Shown one piece after another: positions 60,601 to 64,000 of a DNA stretch of 64,000 nucleotides (its first letter is position 1; each line of letters opens with the position of its first letter). The translations under genes were made by a program, and so were the position numbers. The stretch is from Hydrolagus affinis (Eukaryota), in assembly GCA_012026655.1 (NCBI GenBank), contig JAAILG010000458.1, positions 1 to 64,000 on the forward strand. The letters are read 5' to 3'. Below the pieces are notes generated by a model, which was given only the letters and a program-made list of their open reading frames with translations, ran no database searches and was not told where the DNA came from.

Positions 60601-62089
60601 GTGTCCCCACCTCTCTCTACTTCCTCCCAGCCTTCTCTCCCCCCTCTTCCTCCCTTCCAATCCCCCTCTCTCCCAATCAGTCACTATCTGCAGTGGCAGG
60701 AGCTGAAGTTTGCTAAGGATGAGGTTTGTAGGAGACAAGAGAAACATCAGGACTTTGAACTCCCAATCTAGCCTGACACTCAAATTTAGAGCAGGATGAC
60801 TGCTGCATTGTTGGAGGTGTTGTCTTTTAAACAAGATATATAATCGAGATTCTGTCTGTTTTCTCAAGTGAATGTTAAAGATCCTGGTGATGCTAGTCAA
60901 AAAGAGAAGGGAGTTTCTCTAGTGTCCTGGCCAACAATTGCCCCAGACAAAATTGGTCGTTCACTTCATGGCTGTTTGTGGGACAATGCAAAATGTTAGG
61001 ATTATTATTTCATTTAGCCTCCCACTGTCTGACCAGCAGACCCATCACAGGATTCCAACCAGTGAGCTCCAAATTTTGAGCTGCAGTTCTTTCCATTACA
61101 CCGGACGGGATCGAACCTGCGAGTTTCCCCAGAGCAATTTTATCAATAGTAATCCCTGCATTTGAAATAGTGCCTTATCACGTCTTCGAGACGTTTCAAA
61201 GCACTTCACAGAATATACTGTAAAGTGAACTGACTGTATATTTTGCGGGCGAAACGCGCCAACCAATTGCGCCCAGCGTTGCAATAACTCTAGCCGACCC
61301 TCTGAACCAGGTCAAATCAGTGCTCCAGAGGACACATCCGGACCTCACTGGCTGCATATCCTTCAAAAATTCACACGGAAATCTGGGACTCCAATTACTG
61401 GGGAAATGACCGAGCGACATATGAATATAGGATGTTAGAACAAGCTCCTGATAGGAATTCAGCCCCAAGTGACCTGGCCACCAGCAGATGGCTCGTGTCA
61501 AAGCTCCTTCCTTGGCTAACAACAGGCATTTCAGTCATCTTAAGCAGCAGACATTGCACCATGTGAGGAGCTTCGGCCATGGGAGCGAACAGTAATCCAT
61601 TGACAAAGCTTGTGACTAATTTTGCTTCTGGAAGAGATTTTGAATTGCGGACACAGATACTGAACTTCCCTAATGACATTTTACAGTAAAAGCAGCATCA
61701 GTAAAAAACTATGCAGCTAACACATGCAGAGATGGCATCCCACCAGATAGCTCCCACCAGCCTTGCCTAGAGAACTTTAGAATCTCCTCACTGCCTCTTC
61801 CTCACCCCCACCCCATCCTGCACTCTCAACACTGCAACTCATCCCATAACAGAGTGGCCAGTGCTTTCTCTACACCATATTCATATCACCCCATACACTG
61901 ACCGAATAATACAGACCTTTCGTGTCCTACCCAACAAACCACCTCACTTTATCTCTTCAACAACAACAACAACTTCAATTTATATAACGCCCTCCATGCT
62001 GGACGGCGTCTCTTCAAACAACAACAACAAAATGAAAATTACATGTATACAGTGCCTTTCACATCAGGAGGAGGTCCCAAACAGTTTCT

Positions 62090-63075
62090 CTTCCTGCCCC
62101 TGGCTGATCACCTGTGGTGTACCCCAGGGCCCCATCCTTGAGCCCCTTCTCTTCCTCATGTATATACTTGGTGATGTCTTGGCGATGTCATCTGGAGTAA
62201 ACTTCCATATGTATGCAGATGACACATAAATCTACTTCTTCTCCAGCTGCAATGCCAGGTGTTCTGTCGGCTTGTCTGGTGGACATCAGGGCCCAGTTGA
62301 GCGAAAACTTCCTACAACTAAATATTGATGAGACAGAAGCAGTACTCAATAGCTCCCATCAACATCCTTTATCCTGGAGTTCTGACCTCCTCAACCTACC
62401 CGGCATAGCCCTCAAAATTATCGATCCAGTGTGCAACCTAGGCATAAGCCAACAGCTGTCCTTCTTTCTCCACATCCGGTCCCTGACCAGGACCGCCTAC
62501 CTCCACCTCTACTACATTGCCTGCCTCTGACTAACTTACCCCAGACGCAGCCGACACACTTGTCCACGCGTTTGTCATCTCCTGATTCGACTTCTCAAAC
62601 GCTCTCATTACTTGTTTTCAGCTCCACCATGCACAGGAAACAGCTGATCCCAAACTCTGCCACCTGTATACATACTAAACGCCGTATCCCATGACGCCGG
62701 TTCTAACCAGACTAACTAGATCTCTATCTCCAAACGGATCAATTTCAAGATGCTCACACTCGTTTTCAAATCCCTTCATGCCCTGCTACCTTCCTACCTT
62801 TTCGACCTGCCTACCCCTAACCTATAACCTGCTGTTTCCACTCAACTGAGTCTGGCCTTCTCTGTGTCCCCCATTGGTGGCTGCACTTTCAGTCAGTAAG
62901 CCTTGAAACTCTGGAATACGTTTCTATCCCTCCACCTTGCCCCTTCCTTCCCCATCTTTAGGTCGCCCCTGAAGACTTTCCTATTCTACCTTGCCTACGG
63001 TCATCTCTCCCTTTCCTTGACTCAGCGCCGGGCTCCTCCACTGTTAAATGCCACTGGGACGCTGTTGTTGTTGTT
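62090..63075 (+). mobile_element. Degenerate L2 LINE (RT domain to 3' end)
   Basis: GVPQGPILEPLLF..YADDT; FLQLNIDETE; (GTT) tail. Confidence 0.8.
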
Positions 63076-64000
63076 CTCTCATCACCCCCCCCACCACTGA
63101 CTTGGTTCTTCAGCCCTCCTACCACCCCTCCACCCCCCACCCCCACCCCCTCTCATATTGGTCAGATTATATGGAGCTATCAGTCAGTTGGGGGCCAGGA
63201 GACCAGAAAGTCCATCATTGATAACGGGTCAGTCCAGGTTATCCCTCTGCTAAAGAAGGAGTTGAGTGAGTTGGGAAACATTAGGGAGGCCACAATTAGT
63301 CAAAGTAATTTCTGTGATATGATTCTTAATGATAATAATTCTTGCATTGGACACAGCACATTATCAAATCAAAAGGTCTCAGAGTGAATGCCAGTGTCAT
63401 TAAATGTAAAGTTTGATTTTAAAGAAATTCCTGGTTTGAACATTAACAAAGTGAAATGTGCTTTCTCGGAATCCCACCGGTTAAAACCAGCCACCTTTAC
63501 TCCCATCTTCCCCAAATCGGGAAACAACTTACATTACACTCAAACTGTGTGTGTAAAACATATATAAACTAGTTTATTGAATAATTCTAGGCCCCACTCA
63601 CCCTAGGGATTAGGATCTAACCACTGAGCTCTCAGACACGTCCAGCATGACTTGCCCAGAGCAAATTGAAAATCAGATGTTTCCACTTAGTGTCAGAAAC
63701 CTCCCGAGTGCAGTGGAGGCTAAACCAGAGGAAGTTACAGGACTCACAGAGGCCTGGGTCACACGGTTCATTTTATAAAGTCTCTGCTTATTTGGCTACA
63801 GTCTATTATAACATATTCAGTTGTGGTTATACTGTGGGCCTGTGGTACATTGGGCATGTGGAATATCACTGGCGTCTGGTGTCAAGTAATCGGCTTCCTG
63901 TCATTAACACAAGCGCAATGAACAGGATGTGATGCGGGGCGGGGCAGGACAGAGCGCGTTATAACGCACTATACCATCAAGTTATAGCAGTGTCTGACTA

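Noticed and set aside
57831-64000. Search for the COL18A1 Frizzled (CRD) or signal-peptide exons; ORFs 60029-60610 and 60307-60900
   Set aside because: No 10-Cys CRD pattern found; the long ORFs are translations of the polypurine tract, so the upstream exons probably lie beyond the window

Overview
Vertebrate genomic DNA, most likely from a cartilaginous fish (inferred from the Deu-domain tRNA-SINEs, SacSINE1-like SINEs and L2/CR1 LINEs). It holds two convergent genes in the same tail-to-tail arrangement as human chr21. On the + strand is a complete SLC19A1 (reduced folate carrier): 6 coding exons, 890-23593, 485 aa, behind a CpG-rich promoter. On the - strand is COL18A1 (collagen XVIII): 41 phase-consistent GT-AG exons traced by eye from the TSPN domain (57830) through the interrupted triple helix, trimerization domain and hinge to endostatin (stop at 32423), about 1338 codons; its 5' exons (signal peptide, Frizzled domain) were not found in the window. 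Introns are dense in SINEs, L2/CR1 fragments and Tigger/pogo DNA transposons. I see no supportable new biological system. The best leads are an endostatin domain lacking the N-terminal His-x-His zinc ligands while keeping the heparin-binding arginines, a local templated insertion with a 13-bp target-site duplication, a perfect 46-bp palindrome beside a 16-bp-stem hairpin, and direct repeats bracketing a symmetric collagen exon. All coordinates were counted by hand; repeat boundaries are approximate, and comparisons with human sequences are from memory.
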